A stretch of DNA of 64,000 bases from Eubacteriales bacterium (GCA_035449045.1 DAOTKC010000005.1:1596-65595); one strand, 5' to 3'. Positions 19,050 to 27,702 are shown, counted from the stretch's first letter. Numbers and translations: made by a program. Notes: generated by a model not told the origin, from the sequence alone.

Positions 19050-20447
19050 CTACTCCATCACCGAAAGGAGGCTGGCGAGATAGGGACGCAACATTGAAGG
19101 CTCAATGATGTTATCGACAAAACCTTCCTTTGCCGCCACAAATGGGTTGGCCGCCGCTTCCGAATACGCATCGGCAAGCTTTTTCCTCGCCGCCGCGGCG
19201 TCTTTTGCCGCCTTAATCTCGTCGGAGTAAAGGATTTCAATCGCGGCCTCGTCGACGATGGGCGAAATCGAAGCGTTGTATAACGCCACCGAATAGTCGT
19301 AGCCCAATTCCTTGCCCGCCAGCGCGAGATAAGCAAATCCCACCGCTTTTCCCGCGATGACGGCGATTTTGGTGTTTTCGGTGTTTGCGATAAGGTCAAG
19401 AAGCAGCCCTGCTTCTAAAGCGATGCCGCCGCGCTCTTCCTCGAGCGAAGGCATCAAGCCCTTGCTGTCTACGAGCGTCACGAGCGCCCAGCCGAAAACC
19501 TCGGCGAGCTCGGCAAATCTTTTGATTTTCTTAATGCCCGAAAGCGAAATAAAACCCTCATTTTTAGAAATGTCGGAAGCGACGACGGCCGCCGTCCTTC
19601 CGCCGATTTTAATAAGAGCGCACCTTATTTCATCGGCCCAGCCCTTATAAAGCTCGGTATACTTGCCGCCGTCGGCAATCGCTTTAAGCGTGGCATCGAC
19701 CTCGTAGCCCTTTTCAAGCTCGGATGAGGTGCGGTTTAGGTCATCGGCGCATTCGCCGTCGGCTCTCAAGTAGTCAAAAATTTCGGCGATGATTGTCTTT
19801 AGCTCGGCTTCGTTTTTATAAGTCAAGGCGGCAGTGCCGTTTTTAAGTTGCGCTTTTGCGCCAAAGAGCTCGGCTGCGGGACTTACGTTGCCCGACTTGG
19901 CGGCTATCGCCATCGGCGCTCCCGCCGAAAGCAGGCAGTCGCGCTCCGACACAATGACGATGTCGGCGAGTGCGGCATAAACCGCGGCCAGCCCGACGCA
20001 AGCGCCCTTTACCACCGCGATGTGAGGCACGGCGCCGCGGAGTTTGGCGGCGCATCTTGCGAGCTTGCCGTAGCCTTCCAAAACTGCGGTTCCCTCGGCA
20101 AGCCGCGCGCCCGAGCTGTCGATTATCGAAAGGAAAGGAACGCCCGCTTTTATGGCGTTATCGACCGCTTTTTCGATTTTTTTAGCTTGCGCAATCGAAA
20201 AACTGCCTTTCAAGACGTCGCGGTTTTGGGCAAAAATATAGACGGGCGCTCCCTCAACGGTCGCATAACCTGTCAATACACCCTCGCCCAAGGCATCCGA
20301 GCCGTCCAAAAAATCCTTGCCGGCAAGGAAAACGTCCCATTCTACCAAGCTTTTTTCGTCGGTAATAGCATCAATGAAAGTTCGGATATTTTTTGTCGCG
20401 TTTTCGATTTTTAATAAATTATCCTCAAAACGCCTTCTGTCGTCCAT
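19050..20447 (-). CDS. Acyl-CoA carboxyltransferase (12S / MmdA / PccB-like)
   Basis: 465 aa with two crotonase-like CT halves: VLTGYATVEGAPVYIFAQN...DSSGARLAEG and GGRTAAVVASD...LVDSKGLMP...ANPFVAAKEGFVDNIIEP. Confidence 0.85.
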   Translation of the reverse strand: MDDRRRFEDNLLKIENATKNIRTFIDAITDEKSLVEWDVFLAGKDFLDGSDALGEGVLTGYATVEGAPVYIFAQNRDVLKGSFSIAQAKKIEKAVDNAIKAGVPFLSIIDSSGARLAEGTAVLEGYGKLARCAAKLRGAVPHIAVVKGACVGLAAVYAALADIVIVSERDCLLSAGAPMAIAAKSGNVSPAAELFGAKAQLKNGTAALTYKNEAELKTIIAEIFDYLRADGECADDLNRTSSELEKGYEVDATLKAIADGGKYTELYKGWADEIRCALIKIGGRTAAVVASDISKNEGFISLSGIKKIKRFAELAEVFGWALVTLVDSKGLMPSLEEERGGIALEAGLLLDLIANTENTKIAVIAGKAVGFAYLALAGKELGYDYSVALYNASISPIVDEAAIEILYSDEIKAAKDAAAARKKLADAYSEAAANPFVAAKEGFVDNIIEPSMLRPYLASLLSVME

Positions 20448-20540
20448 AAGTCCTCCCGTGGAGTTTTTTTTGATTAGTTCAAATATTTAGCTAGTTTACA
20501 TTATATATCAAAAAGCCGTTAAAGGCAACAGAAAAAGGGC

Positions 20541-20650
20541 AGCGGCTTCGCCGAACGAAAAACTAAAACTAAAACGAATAATTGTGGATAGGCGGCGCAA
20601 GCGGCGCTAATGCGCCAAACGAAAAACTAACAACTAAAAACTAAATACTG
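20541..20650. repeat. Dispersed intergenic repeat, family 1 (copy A)
   Basis: GCGGCTTCGCCGAACGAAAAAC...AACGAATAATTGTGGATAGGCGGCGCAAGCGGCGCTAATGCGCCAAACGAAAAAC. It matches copies at 51385, 62207, 30422 and 34226 (see findings). Confidence 0.8.
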
Positions 20651-20661
20651 CGGTAGAAAAT

Positions 20662-20710
20662 CTTTGTCACTCTGAGGCACTAGCCGTGAGAGTTCTCGCG
20701 GGGCGAAAGG
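20662..20710. repeat. Intergenic repeat, family 2 (copy 1)
   Basis: CTTTGTCACTCTGAGGCACTAGCCGTGAGAGTTCTCGCGGGGCGAAAGG aligns with 30375..30417. Confidence 0.7.
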
Positions 20711-20779
20711 ATTTTGAGATTCTCTCGGACTCTGCGAGCCCGCAGAGCTGCGGCTTGTTTTCTTAAAATCCTAACTATT

Positions 20780-21487
20780 TTATAATGATTTTAAGTATGC
20801 TACTTCGGCTTCGGTCAGAGGGCGATATTCGCCGCGGCTGAGCCCGCCCAAACGAAGCGCGCCGATTGCTATCCGCTTCAAAAATGCCACTTCGCGGCCG
20901 ATTGCGGCCATCATACGACGTATCTCGCGGTTTTTGCCCTCGAAAAGCGTGATTTCCAGCCGCGAAACACTGTTTTTAATGTCCAAAAGCTTGACGCGGC
21001 ACTTTCCCGCTTTTTCGCCGCCCGACATCATAACGCCGTTTCTTAAGACGGCAAGCTCGCTCTCTTTCATCTCGCCCTCTACTTTGACGAGATAGGTCTT
21101 GGGAATTTCATGGCTCGGGTGCGTCAGCTTGGCGGCAAGCTCGCCGTCGTTGGTGAAGAGAAGCAGGCCCTCGCTGTCGTAATCCAGCCTGCCGACGGGA
21201 AAGACTCTTTCTTTAAGGTGAATATAGTCGAACACCGTCTTTCTGCCTCGGTCGTCGGAAGCGGTGGTGACGCAGCCCTTGGGCTTGTGAAACATAAAAT
21301 AGCTGAAAACATCGGGCAGGACTGCCTTGACGCCGTCTACGGTGACGTCGTCGCGATGCTCGTCGACCTCGGTGGCAAGCTCGGTGACAATTCTGCCGTT
21401 TATCTTTACTTTGCCGTCCAAAACCAGCTTTTCAGCGGCGCGCCTGGAAGCAATGCCGCTAAGTGCTAAAAACTTGTTAATCCGCAT
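20780..21487 (-). CDS. rluB: RsuA/RluB-family pseudouridine synthase with S4 domain
   Basis: 235 aa with an N-terminal S4 domain (RINKFLALSGIASRR) and the GRLDYDSEGLLL catalytic motif. It follows dacB as in B. subtilis. Confidence 0.88.
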   Translation of the reverse strand: MRINKFLALSGIASRRAAEKLVLDGKVKINGRIVTELATEVDEHRDDVTVDGVKAVLPDVFSYFMFHKPKGCVTTASDDRGRKTVFDYIHLKERVFPVGRLDYDSEGLLLFTNDGELAAKLTHPSHEIPKTYLVKVEGEMKESELAVLRNGVMMSGGEKAGKCRVKLLDIKNSVSRLEITLFEGKNREIRRMMAAIGREVAFLKRIAIGALRLGGLSRGEYRPLTEAEVAYLKSL

Positions 21488-21490
21488 AAT

Positions 21491-22645
21491 CTACCCGCCG
21501 CTTTTTTTGAAGAAATCGGCGATTCCCTTTCGTTTTACGCTGCCTATGTTATACAATTTTCCGGTGTAAAGCAAGCGATTATCGAGGCTGACCAAAAAAT
21601 ATCCGCCGTCCTCGCCGCCTTTCAAGGGCGCTTTCAGCTCGAACGGCTTTACTTCTATCTTAATTCTTTTGAGTTCCTCGCTCTTTAAGGGGTAGAGCGG
21701 CGGTTTTTCGGCCGCAAGAACGGCGTATTTGCCTTTAGCGCCCGTTACCGGCGCGAAAGTGGTCATTCTCTCTTTATCATAAAGCGGCATAAGTTTGTAA
21801 TTGGAAAAGGCATAGTCTAAAATCTGCTTGGATTTTTCCCACATCGGGCCGGTGTTGAGGACGACGGAGACGACCTCCATACCGTTTCTTTCCGCCGAAG
21901 ATACGAGGCAGCGTCCTGCCACTTTGGTGAAGCCCGTCTTAATGCCCGTCGCGCCTTCGTATTCCCAAAGCATTTTGTTTTTGTTGACGAGATAGCGCCT
22001 AGGCTCGCCCGATATGCTGATGCGCTTTGTCGACACCACCTTCTTAAATATGGGGTTTTTCATGGCGTATGCCGAAATCATGGCAAGGTCTTTGGCGGTC
22101 GTATAGTGGTCTTTGTGATTGAGCCCGTGGGGATTGACGAAATTGGAAGAAGTCGCGCCCGCAGCGGACGCAGTCTCGTTCATGAGCTCGGCAAATCCCT
22201 CGATTGAGCCCGCCGTAAACAACGCCAAGGCGGCCGCGCTGTCGTTGCCGCTTCTTAACATCAACCCGTAGAGAAGCTCAAGCACGGTCAGCTTCTCCCC
22301 CTCACGAAGATAGATGGATGAGCCCTCTATTCCAACCGCTTCCCTCTTTATTATGACTATTGCGGATGGGTCGGGGACGTGCTCAAGCACGGTGATGGCG
22401 GTAAGTATCTTGGTTGTCGATGCCATAGGCATTTTTATATCGGCGTTCTCTTGGTAGAGCACGCGGCCTGTCGACACCTCGACAGCGGCGGCCGAGCCTG
22501 ACGCCGGCGCCTTTTTTTCGGCATAGGCGCATTCGCCGCCCGACGTTATGAATGTGGCGAAAAGTGCAACAAAAAATATTGCGGCAAAAGCCGCGGCTAC
22601 TGCTTTTTGAACGTTTTTAAAACGGTTTTCGCGATACTCATCCAT
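21491..22645 (-). CDS. dacB: D-alanyl-D-alanine carboxypeptidase (S11, sporulation-type by synteny)
   Basis: 384 aa with a signal peptide, the active-site motif ASTTK, and SGN and KTG motifs. scpA-scpB...dacB-rluB synteny. Confidence 0.85.
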   Translation of the reverse strand: MDEYRENRFKNVQKAVAAAFAAIFFVALFATFITSGGECAYAEKKAPASGSAAAVEVSTGRVLYQENADIKMPMASTTKILTAITVLEHVPDPSAIVIIKREAVGIEGSSIYLREGEKLTVLELLYGLMLRSGNDSAAALALFTAGSIEGFAELMNETASAAGATSSNFVNPHGLNHKDHYTTAKDLAMISAYAMKNPIFKKVVSTKRISISGEPRRYLVNKNKMLWEYEGATGIKTGFTKVAGRCLVSSAERNGMEVVSVVLNTGPMWEKSKQILDYAFSNYKLMPLYDKERMTTFAPVTGAKGKYAVLAAEKPPLYPLKSEELKRIKIEVKPFELKAPLKGGEDGGYFLVSLDNRLLYTGKLYNIGSVKRKGIADFFKKSGG

Positions 22646-22962
22646 TTGTCGTCGGCCTCCTCCTCCAGTTTTACGAATTTGCCCTCTTCTTTCTCCTTTT
22701 GAACCAAAAACCCGATGGGCGATATCGAAATCCCTCCCCCGCCGCCGCCCGCGTAGGGCAGGCTGCCCGACTTTCTGTCTTTCTTTTTTTCTTCGCCGTA
22801 TTCCCCGCCGCCGGTAAAAAAGCCGAACGACACCTTAGACACGGGCAAAATCACCGTGCCGTCCTCGAGCAATACCGGTGTGCCCAGCACGTTGTTGGCG
22901 CCTATCAGCTTTTCAAAGTTTGTAAGCGTCGATTTGACGATGTTTTCAATATTGTTTTCCAT
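22597..22962 (-). CDS. ytfJ: Sporulation protein YtfJ (GerW family)
   Basis: 121 aa with the typical GTPVLLEDGTVILPVSKVSFGF.GGG...GGGGGGISISPIGFLV pattern. Confidence 0.85.
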   Translation of the reverse strand: MENNIENIVKSTLTNFEKLIGANNVLGTPVLLEDGTVILPVSKVSFGFFTGGGEYGEEKKKDRKSGSLPYAGGGGGGISISPIGFLVQKEKEEGKFVKLEEEADDKWMSIAKTVLKTFKKQ

Positions 22963-23060
22963 TTTTTCACCTCTCGGGAAAACGGGGTTTTGTATAATTT
23001 TTTTGAGAGTGTTCTCTCAAACCGCTACTTTTATCCTAGTATGCGTTTTTAAACTTTGAT

Positions 23061-23594
23061 TTACGCCGAAACTTTGTCGGCGCTGCGGCTTTTTTCAACG
23101 CGCTCAATATCGAGAAGTTTTATAAGCCACCAAAATAAGGGATAACGAACGGTGGCACTTCCGCCCAAGATAAAGGCGGTTTTAGACCAGCTTTCGATGA
23201 GCGCGTAGTCGCCCCGCTTAACAGTATCGGAGTTCATTATATGGTTCAGCCCGAAGCGAAGCATCGCGGCGGAAAGAGCCGTCTTGTCGGGTGTGGCGGC
23301 GCCGTAAAGCACGGCAAGGCGGAGCTTGGACAGCGTCATACTTCTTATAATCGGCAAAAAGCTCGCCTTTAAATATTTGGGCTCCTCTTGGCCGAAATGC
23401 ATTACTTTTTTTCGGTGGTGAAGGGCGAATTTGCCGTCGGCCTCCTTGATTTCGCCGGTGAACAGCTTGATTTTAGCGACGGAAACCGAAAAAATAAAAA
23501 GCTTCCGAGAGATATCCACGTAAAACTTAATCTCAAGCGAAAACGGAACCGCCAAAATCACGGTAAGCGCGCCGATAACATATAATGCCGCCAT
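23061..23594 (-). CDS. DUF2953 (YtfI-like) sporulation-associated membrane protein
   Basis: 177 aa with an N-terminal TM helix. It lies immediately upstream of ytfJ, as in the B. subtilis ytfI-ytfJ pair. Confidence 0.55.
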   Translation of the reverse strand: MAALYVIGALTVILAVPFSLEIKFYVDISRKLFIFSVSVAKIKLFTGEIKEADGKFALHHRKKVMHFGQEEPKYLKASFLPIIRSMTLSKLRLAVLYGAATPDKTALSAAMLRFGLNHIMNSDTVKRGDYALIESWSKTAFILGGSATVRYPLFWWLIKLLDIERVEKSRSADKVSA

Positions 23595-23602
23595 ATCGTG
23601 TT

Positions 23603-23631
23603 TAGTATTTAATTTGAAATCTAAAGTATAC
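23603..23631 (-). promoter_or_regulatory. Candidate forespore-type (sigma F/G) promoter for the DUF2953-ytfJ pair
   Basis: The minus strand reads GTATA-N17-AATACTA, with 8 nt between the -10 element and the ATG. It partially matches the GHATR-N17/18-CATxxTA consensus. ytfIJ is reported in the forespore regulon in B. subtilis. Confidence 0.3.
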
Positions 23632-23700
23632 GAAAGGCACTAAGGTTATAATTAAAATTGAAATCATAATATAAGCTTATAAAGCGCCTCGGGCAATAAC

Positions 23701-23727
23701 AAAGCGCCCCGATGACGAGGCGCTTTA
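23701..23727 (-). terminator. Hairpin terminator downstream of scpB
   Basis: AAAGCGCC...GGCGCTTT stem. An alternative longer pairing uses AAAGCGCCTCG at 23681..23691. The U-tract is weak. Confidence 0.45.
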
Positions 23728-23806
23728 AATTAGCAAACATGGATTAAAACTGCAGAAATTGACTTGGCTTTTGGTCTGCTCTGCCATCAAGCTTTCAGCA
23801 AAAAAG

Positions 23807-24511
23807 TTATTCGATGACTTCGACATCTTCTTCCCCTTCCAAAAAGTCGGGAAGCTCGTCCTCATCCTCTTCTTCGGCAGGCTCGGCGGCGGCGGCGACC
23901 TCGGAGAGCGGCTCTCCGCCTTCCTCGGTTTCAAGTATCGAGCGGTTCTGAAACAGCGTTTCGGAGGCGGGATTGTAGCGGTTGAGCTCCAAAATCCGTT
24001 TGGCTATGTATTCGGCGTCAGGAAGCTCGGCGAGCGAGGAGATGTTGAATTTTTTCAAAAACTCGTCGGTGGTGCCGTATTCCAGCGGAAGCCCCACCGT
24101 TTCTCGGCGGCCGAGCACGACGATAAGGCCTGCGCGCAGAAGCACGGAAAGCGCATATTCCGCGCTTGTCGAGCGAAAATCCTCGATTTCGGAGCGCGTT
24201 ATCGGCTGTTTGTAGGCGATAATGGCGAGAACGTCAAGCACTTTGGCCGAAAGCTGTTTTTCTTTGACTTTCTTCAGGGCGTCGGCGATGGCATCGCCGT
24301 AACGCGGGTTGGAGGAAAACTGCACCTTGTTGTTGAGGTTGATGAGAACGACGCCGCTGTCTTCAAAGGAATATTTATCGCAGAGCTCCTTTAAAATGGC
24401 GTTGAGCTCGCGCATGGTAAGCCCCTCAAACTTCTCAAGGATATCTTTTTTGGCAATCTCGCTGCCTGCCGTGAAAATGATGCCCTCGATAATCTGTTTA
24501 AGATTCTCCAT
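23807..24511 (-). CDS. scpB: Segregation and condensation protein B
   Basis: 234 aa with ScpB winged-helix repeats (IIEGIIFTAGSEI, AIIAYKQPITRSEIE) and an acidic C-tail. 14-nt overlap with scpA. Confidence 0.9.
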   Translation of the reverse strand: MENLKQIIEGIIFTAGSEIAKKDILEKFEGLTMRELNAILKELCDKYSFEDSGVVLINLNNKVQFSSNPRYGDAIADALKKVKEKQLSAKVLDVLAIIAYKQPITRSEIEDFRSTSAEYALSVLLRAGLIVVLGRRETVGLPLEYGTTDEFLKKFNISSLAELPDAEYIAKRILELNRYNPASETLFQNRSILETEEGGEPLSEVAAAAEPAEEEDEDELPDFLEGEEDVEVIE

Positions 24512-25388
24512 TTTTCATTTCCTCCTCGGTTATTTCGGTGAAGGCTTCGCCGCTCTCTTTGAAATTGACCATCATATCGCCGAACAGCTTGTCCTGCGAC
24601 GCCGTGATAAACTGGCGTTTCAAAAGCTCTAAAATGGCTAAAAAAGTGTTGACAACCTCGGTTTTGGTGGCGTATTCGTCGAACATCTCAAAGAATGTCA
24701 TCCGCCTTTTCTCGAGGAGCTCGCGGTAGATATAGTTATAGCGGTCGGCGACGGTGTATTCTTCGCGATAGACAATCTTGGGCTCGTCGGACGCAAGCGA
24801 AGCGCGGTGCTCGGCGCTGTTCAAGGCGATGGCGTAAGCGTCGACCAGCTTTTCCATGGTGAGGTTTTTAACGAAAAGTATGTAGTCCTCGCGGTCATAG
24901 CCCGGTTCGCGGTAGAAGCGGTTGGTGGTTTCCATCAGCCTAAGCTTTTCGGTGGCGTCCTTTATGAGCTTGTATTCCTCGATGGAGGCGAGGAAGCTCT
25001 TTTCCTCCTGCTCGTCCTCGATGGTGAATTCCTCGTCGGGCATCAGGCGCTTGGATTTAAAATATAGAAGTCTGGAACCGAAGACTAAAAACTCGCCGGC
25101 GTAGTCGGAATCGAGGTCTTCCGCCGCCAGCACGATGTCGACGTATTGAACAACCACCTTAGACAAAAAGAGGTTTTTAACGTCGATTTCACTCCGTGTA
25201 ATAAGCTCATAAAGCAGCGCAATCGGCCCTTCCCAGTCGCCGAGGTGGTAGATAAGCTCCTTCCTCTTCATTTTAAGGAAACCAAACTCGACCTCGGCTA
25301 TCTCGGCCGAAATATCGCCCGAGGCAAAATCCGGCGGCGCCAAAAGCTCGTCGAATGAGTCTATTACCTTGACTTCCGTTATATCCAT
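24498..25388 (-). CDS. scpA: Segregation and condensation protein A
   Basis: The kleisin N-motif is WEGPIALLYELI. I place the start at the ATG at 25388 (MDITEVKV), because the track ORF extends further through nonsense-looking sequence inside the upstream gene. A later start at MKRKEL is also possible. Confidence 0.8.
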   Translation of the reverse strand: MDITEVKVIDSFDELLAPPDFASGDISAEIAEVEFGFLKMKRKELIYHLGDWEGPIALLYELITRSEIDVKNLFLSKVVVQYVDIVLAAEDLDSDYAGEFLVFGSRLLYFKSKRLMPDEEFTIEDEQEEKSFLASIEEYKLIKDATEKLRLMETTNRFYREPGYDREDYILFVKNLTMEKLVDAYAIALNSAEHRASLASDEPKIVYREEYTVADRYNYIYRELLEKRRMTFFEMFDEYATKTEVVNTFLAILELLKRQFITASQDKLFGDMMVNFKESGEAFTEITEEEMKNGES

Positions 25389-26092
25389 TGAACTCCCCAC
25401 GCCGCAGAAATCAGCCGCTGAACAAAACCTAAAATTTGATCCATATAGAGCCCGAAGGGGTCTAAATACCGAGAAATGCGCCCGAGAAGCGCGCCGACCA
25501 CGATGATGCCGATTAAAATATAGATGCCGTATTTTCTCATTATCCGCGCATATCCCGATTGCGGAGCGAAGCATTCGACGACGCGGAAGCCGTCAAGCGG
25601 ATAAATCGGAAGGAGATTGAAGGCGATGAGGGCGACGTTAATCACGGTGCCGAAGACGAAGAAGTTTAAGAGAAGCTGAAAAATCACCTCGACCACAACG
25701 CTCTTTACAATCGCCTCTGCCGGAATCAGCAGGACAAGCCCGATACAGCCGAAGAACGCAACGGCGAGCAATAGGTTGGCCGCCACACCGGCAAGCGATA
25801 CTGTCAATATACCGCGCTTAACGTGTCTGAAGGCGGCGGGATTTATCGGCACGGGATTTGCCCAGCCTATGCCCGCTACCAAGAATAGCACCATGCCCGC
25901 AAGGTTGAAATGGACGCGCGGGTTGAAAGAAAGCCGCCCCATGTTTTTTGCCGTCGAATCGCCGTTTAAAAGCGCGACGTATCCGTGCGCGACCTCGTGC
26001 GTCATGATGGAGATGAGCGAGGCGCCGAGCACGGCGACAATCATAATAAAGATTTCTCTGGGCGAGCCGCCCGAGAACAATAATCTAAGCAT
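25379..26092 (-). CDS. M50-family site-2 protease-like membrane metalloprotease
   Basis: 237 aa, polytopic, with the HEVAHG zinc motif and a NLLPIYPLDG second motif. Confidence 0.8.
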   Translation of the reverse strand: MLRLLFSGGSPREIFIMIVAVLGASLISIMTHEVAHGYVALLNGDSTAKNMGRLSFNPRVHFNLAGMVLFLVAGIGWANPVPINPAAFRHVKRGILTVSLAGVAANLLLAVAFFGCIGLVLLIPAEAIVKSVVVEVIFQLLLNFFVFGTVINVALIAFNLLPIYPLDGFRVVECFAPQSGYARIMRKYGIYILIGIIVVGALLGRISRYLDPFGLYMDQILGFVQRLISAAWGVQWI

Positions 26093-26115
26093 TAATACCC
26101 GAGTATCACTATGCC

Positions 26116-27432
26116 CTACTTAAGCCAGTCGGGCAGGCAGTTGTTTCTGATTAAGTCTTCGTAGGTCTGCGGCTTCACGATATAATCCGCCTTTCCGTCC
26201 TGCACAAGCACGACGGGAGGAATGGGATTCATGTTATAGTTCATCGCCATGGTGTAGTTGTAGGCGCCCGTAGCAAAGACAGCTATTATGTCGCCGCGCT
26301 TTGCGGGCGCGAGCTTGATGTCTTTGGCAATAATATCGCCGCTTTCGCAGCATTTGCCGCAAATAGTGACGGTCTCCGAAGCGGGCAGCGCCGCTTTGTT
26401 GGCGACTATCGCCGAATATTTGGAGCCGTAGAGCGCGTAACGCGGGTTGTCGAACATTCCGCCGTCAATTGCAATGTATTTTCTGATGTCGGGAATGGTC
26501 TTGACCGCGCCCACGGTGTATAAGGTCACGCCCGCCTCGCCGACTATGGAGCGTCCCGGCTCGATGACGAGGAAGGGACGCTTAATCTTTTTCTCGACGA
26601 CCGCTTTCGATAAAAACATCGCTATCGTCTTGACATACCAGGCATATTGGTCGCCCGAAAATTCGGGGTCTTCCTCGGTGTAAGTAATCCCGAAGCCGCC
26701 GCCCAAATTTAAGATTTTAACGTCTATTCCCAGCCCGTTGAGCTTAACGATAAAGGACGTCATTTTATCAATCAGCATTTCATAGCCGCTGATTTCGAAA
26801 ATCTGCGAGCCGATGTGGGCGTGGAGCCCCGAAAACACAAGGTTTTCGGCGGCGGCGGCGCGCTTTATAAGTTCTACCGTGTTTTTGTCTTCGATTGCCC
26901 AGCCGAACTTGCTGTCGGGCGTGGCGGTTTGGACGGCGGCGTAAGTGTGCGCCTCGATGCCGGGATTTATGCGGAGCATGACGCTCTGCACCTTCCCCAG
27001 CCGCTTGGCGGCGGCCGAAATCATTTCTATTTCGTCGGGATGGTCAATGACTATATTCCCCACTCCCGAAAGCACGGCGAACTCTATTTCGTTAAATAGT
27101 TTATTGTTGCCGTGGAAATATATCCGCTCTGGCGGAAATCCCGCGCGGAGCGCGGCAAACAGCTCGCCGCCCGACACGACGTCGATGGAAAGCCCCTCAC
27201 TGTTCATGATTTTATACATCGCGACGGCAGAGAACGCCTTGGATGCGAACGCTACCGCGCCCTCGCCGTAGAAGGCCTCAATCGTCTTTTGAAAGGAGCG
27301 CGAAACCTCGCGGATATAGCTTTCGTCCATTACGTAGAGAGGCGTGCCGAACCTTTCGCGAAGCTCGGAGGCGGTCAGCCCGCCTATCACTAAGTCGTTA
27401 CCCTCTATTTTTAAGGTATCTCTGAAATTCAT
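26116..27432 (-). CDS. lysA: Diaminopimelate decarboxylase
   Basis: 438 aa. The fold-III PLP decarboxylase pattern includes AFASKAF, HAHIGSQ, GGGFGI and CESGD. Confidence 0.92.
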   Translation of the reverse strand: MNFRDTLKIEGNDLVIGGLTASELRERFGTPLYVMDESYIREVSRSFQKTIEAFYGEGAVAFASKAFSAVAMYKIMNSEGLSIDVVSGGELFAALRAGFPPERIYFHGNNKLFNEIEFAVLSGVGNIVIDHPDEIEMISAAAKRLGKVQSVMLRINPGIEAHTYAAVQTATPDSKFGWAIEDKNTVELIKRAAAAENLVFSGLHAHIGSQIFEISGYEMLIDKMTSFIVKLNGLGIDVKILNLGGGFGITYTEEDPEFSGDQYAWYVKTIAMFLSKAVVEKKIKRPFLVIEPGRSIVGEAGVTLYTVGAVKTIPDIRKYIAIDGGMFDNPRYALYGSKYSAIVANKAALPASETVTICGKCCESGDIIAKDIKLAPAKRGDIIAVFATGAYNYTMAMNYNMNPIPPVVLVQDGKADYIVKPQTYEDLIRNNCLPDWLK

Positions 27433-27672
27433 GAGTATTATGTAAGCTCCGATAAATTATGGATAAAATTATATATTGCCAAACCCTCATTGTCAATTGA
27501 TTTCCCCTTCGGCAAATCTCGCAGCTTCCTCACTAAGATAACTTTAGATATTAGTAGCTTAATTTATTGCATGCAGATATTTATATCAAAACTTTCATTT
27601 TAATCATTCTTCATTCTTTTTGTCATTATTCCGATTTTGGTAATCAGAAGTTCTTTCCTGCTCCTTAAAACG

Positions 27673-27702
27673 GCAAAGGTGCTTTCACGCAAGCACCTTT
27701 GC
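27673..27702 (-). terminator. Rho-independent terminator after the DD-carboxypeptidase gene
   Basis: Perfect 12-bp stem GCAAAGGTGCTT-tcacgc-AAGCACCTTTGC, followed on the minus strand by CGTTTTAAGG. Confidence 0.7.

Noticed and set aside
25389-25574. N-terminal extensions of track ORFs for scpA here, and likewise ftsQ 38034..38141, ftsW 40600..40692, hemZ 53597..53653, relA 56393..56485, murE 44372..44389, ftsZ 35725..35742 and mraZ 48744..48773
   Set aside because: The extensions start at non-ATG codons without an SD. They overlap upstream genes or AT-rich spacers and translate to non-homologous sequence. Internal ATGs with an SD and homolog-like N-termini were preferred.
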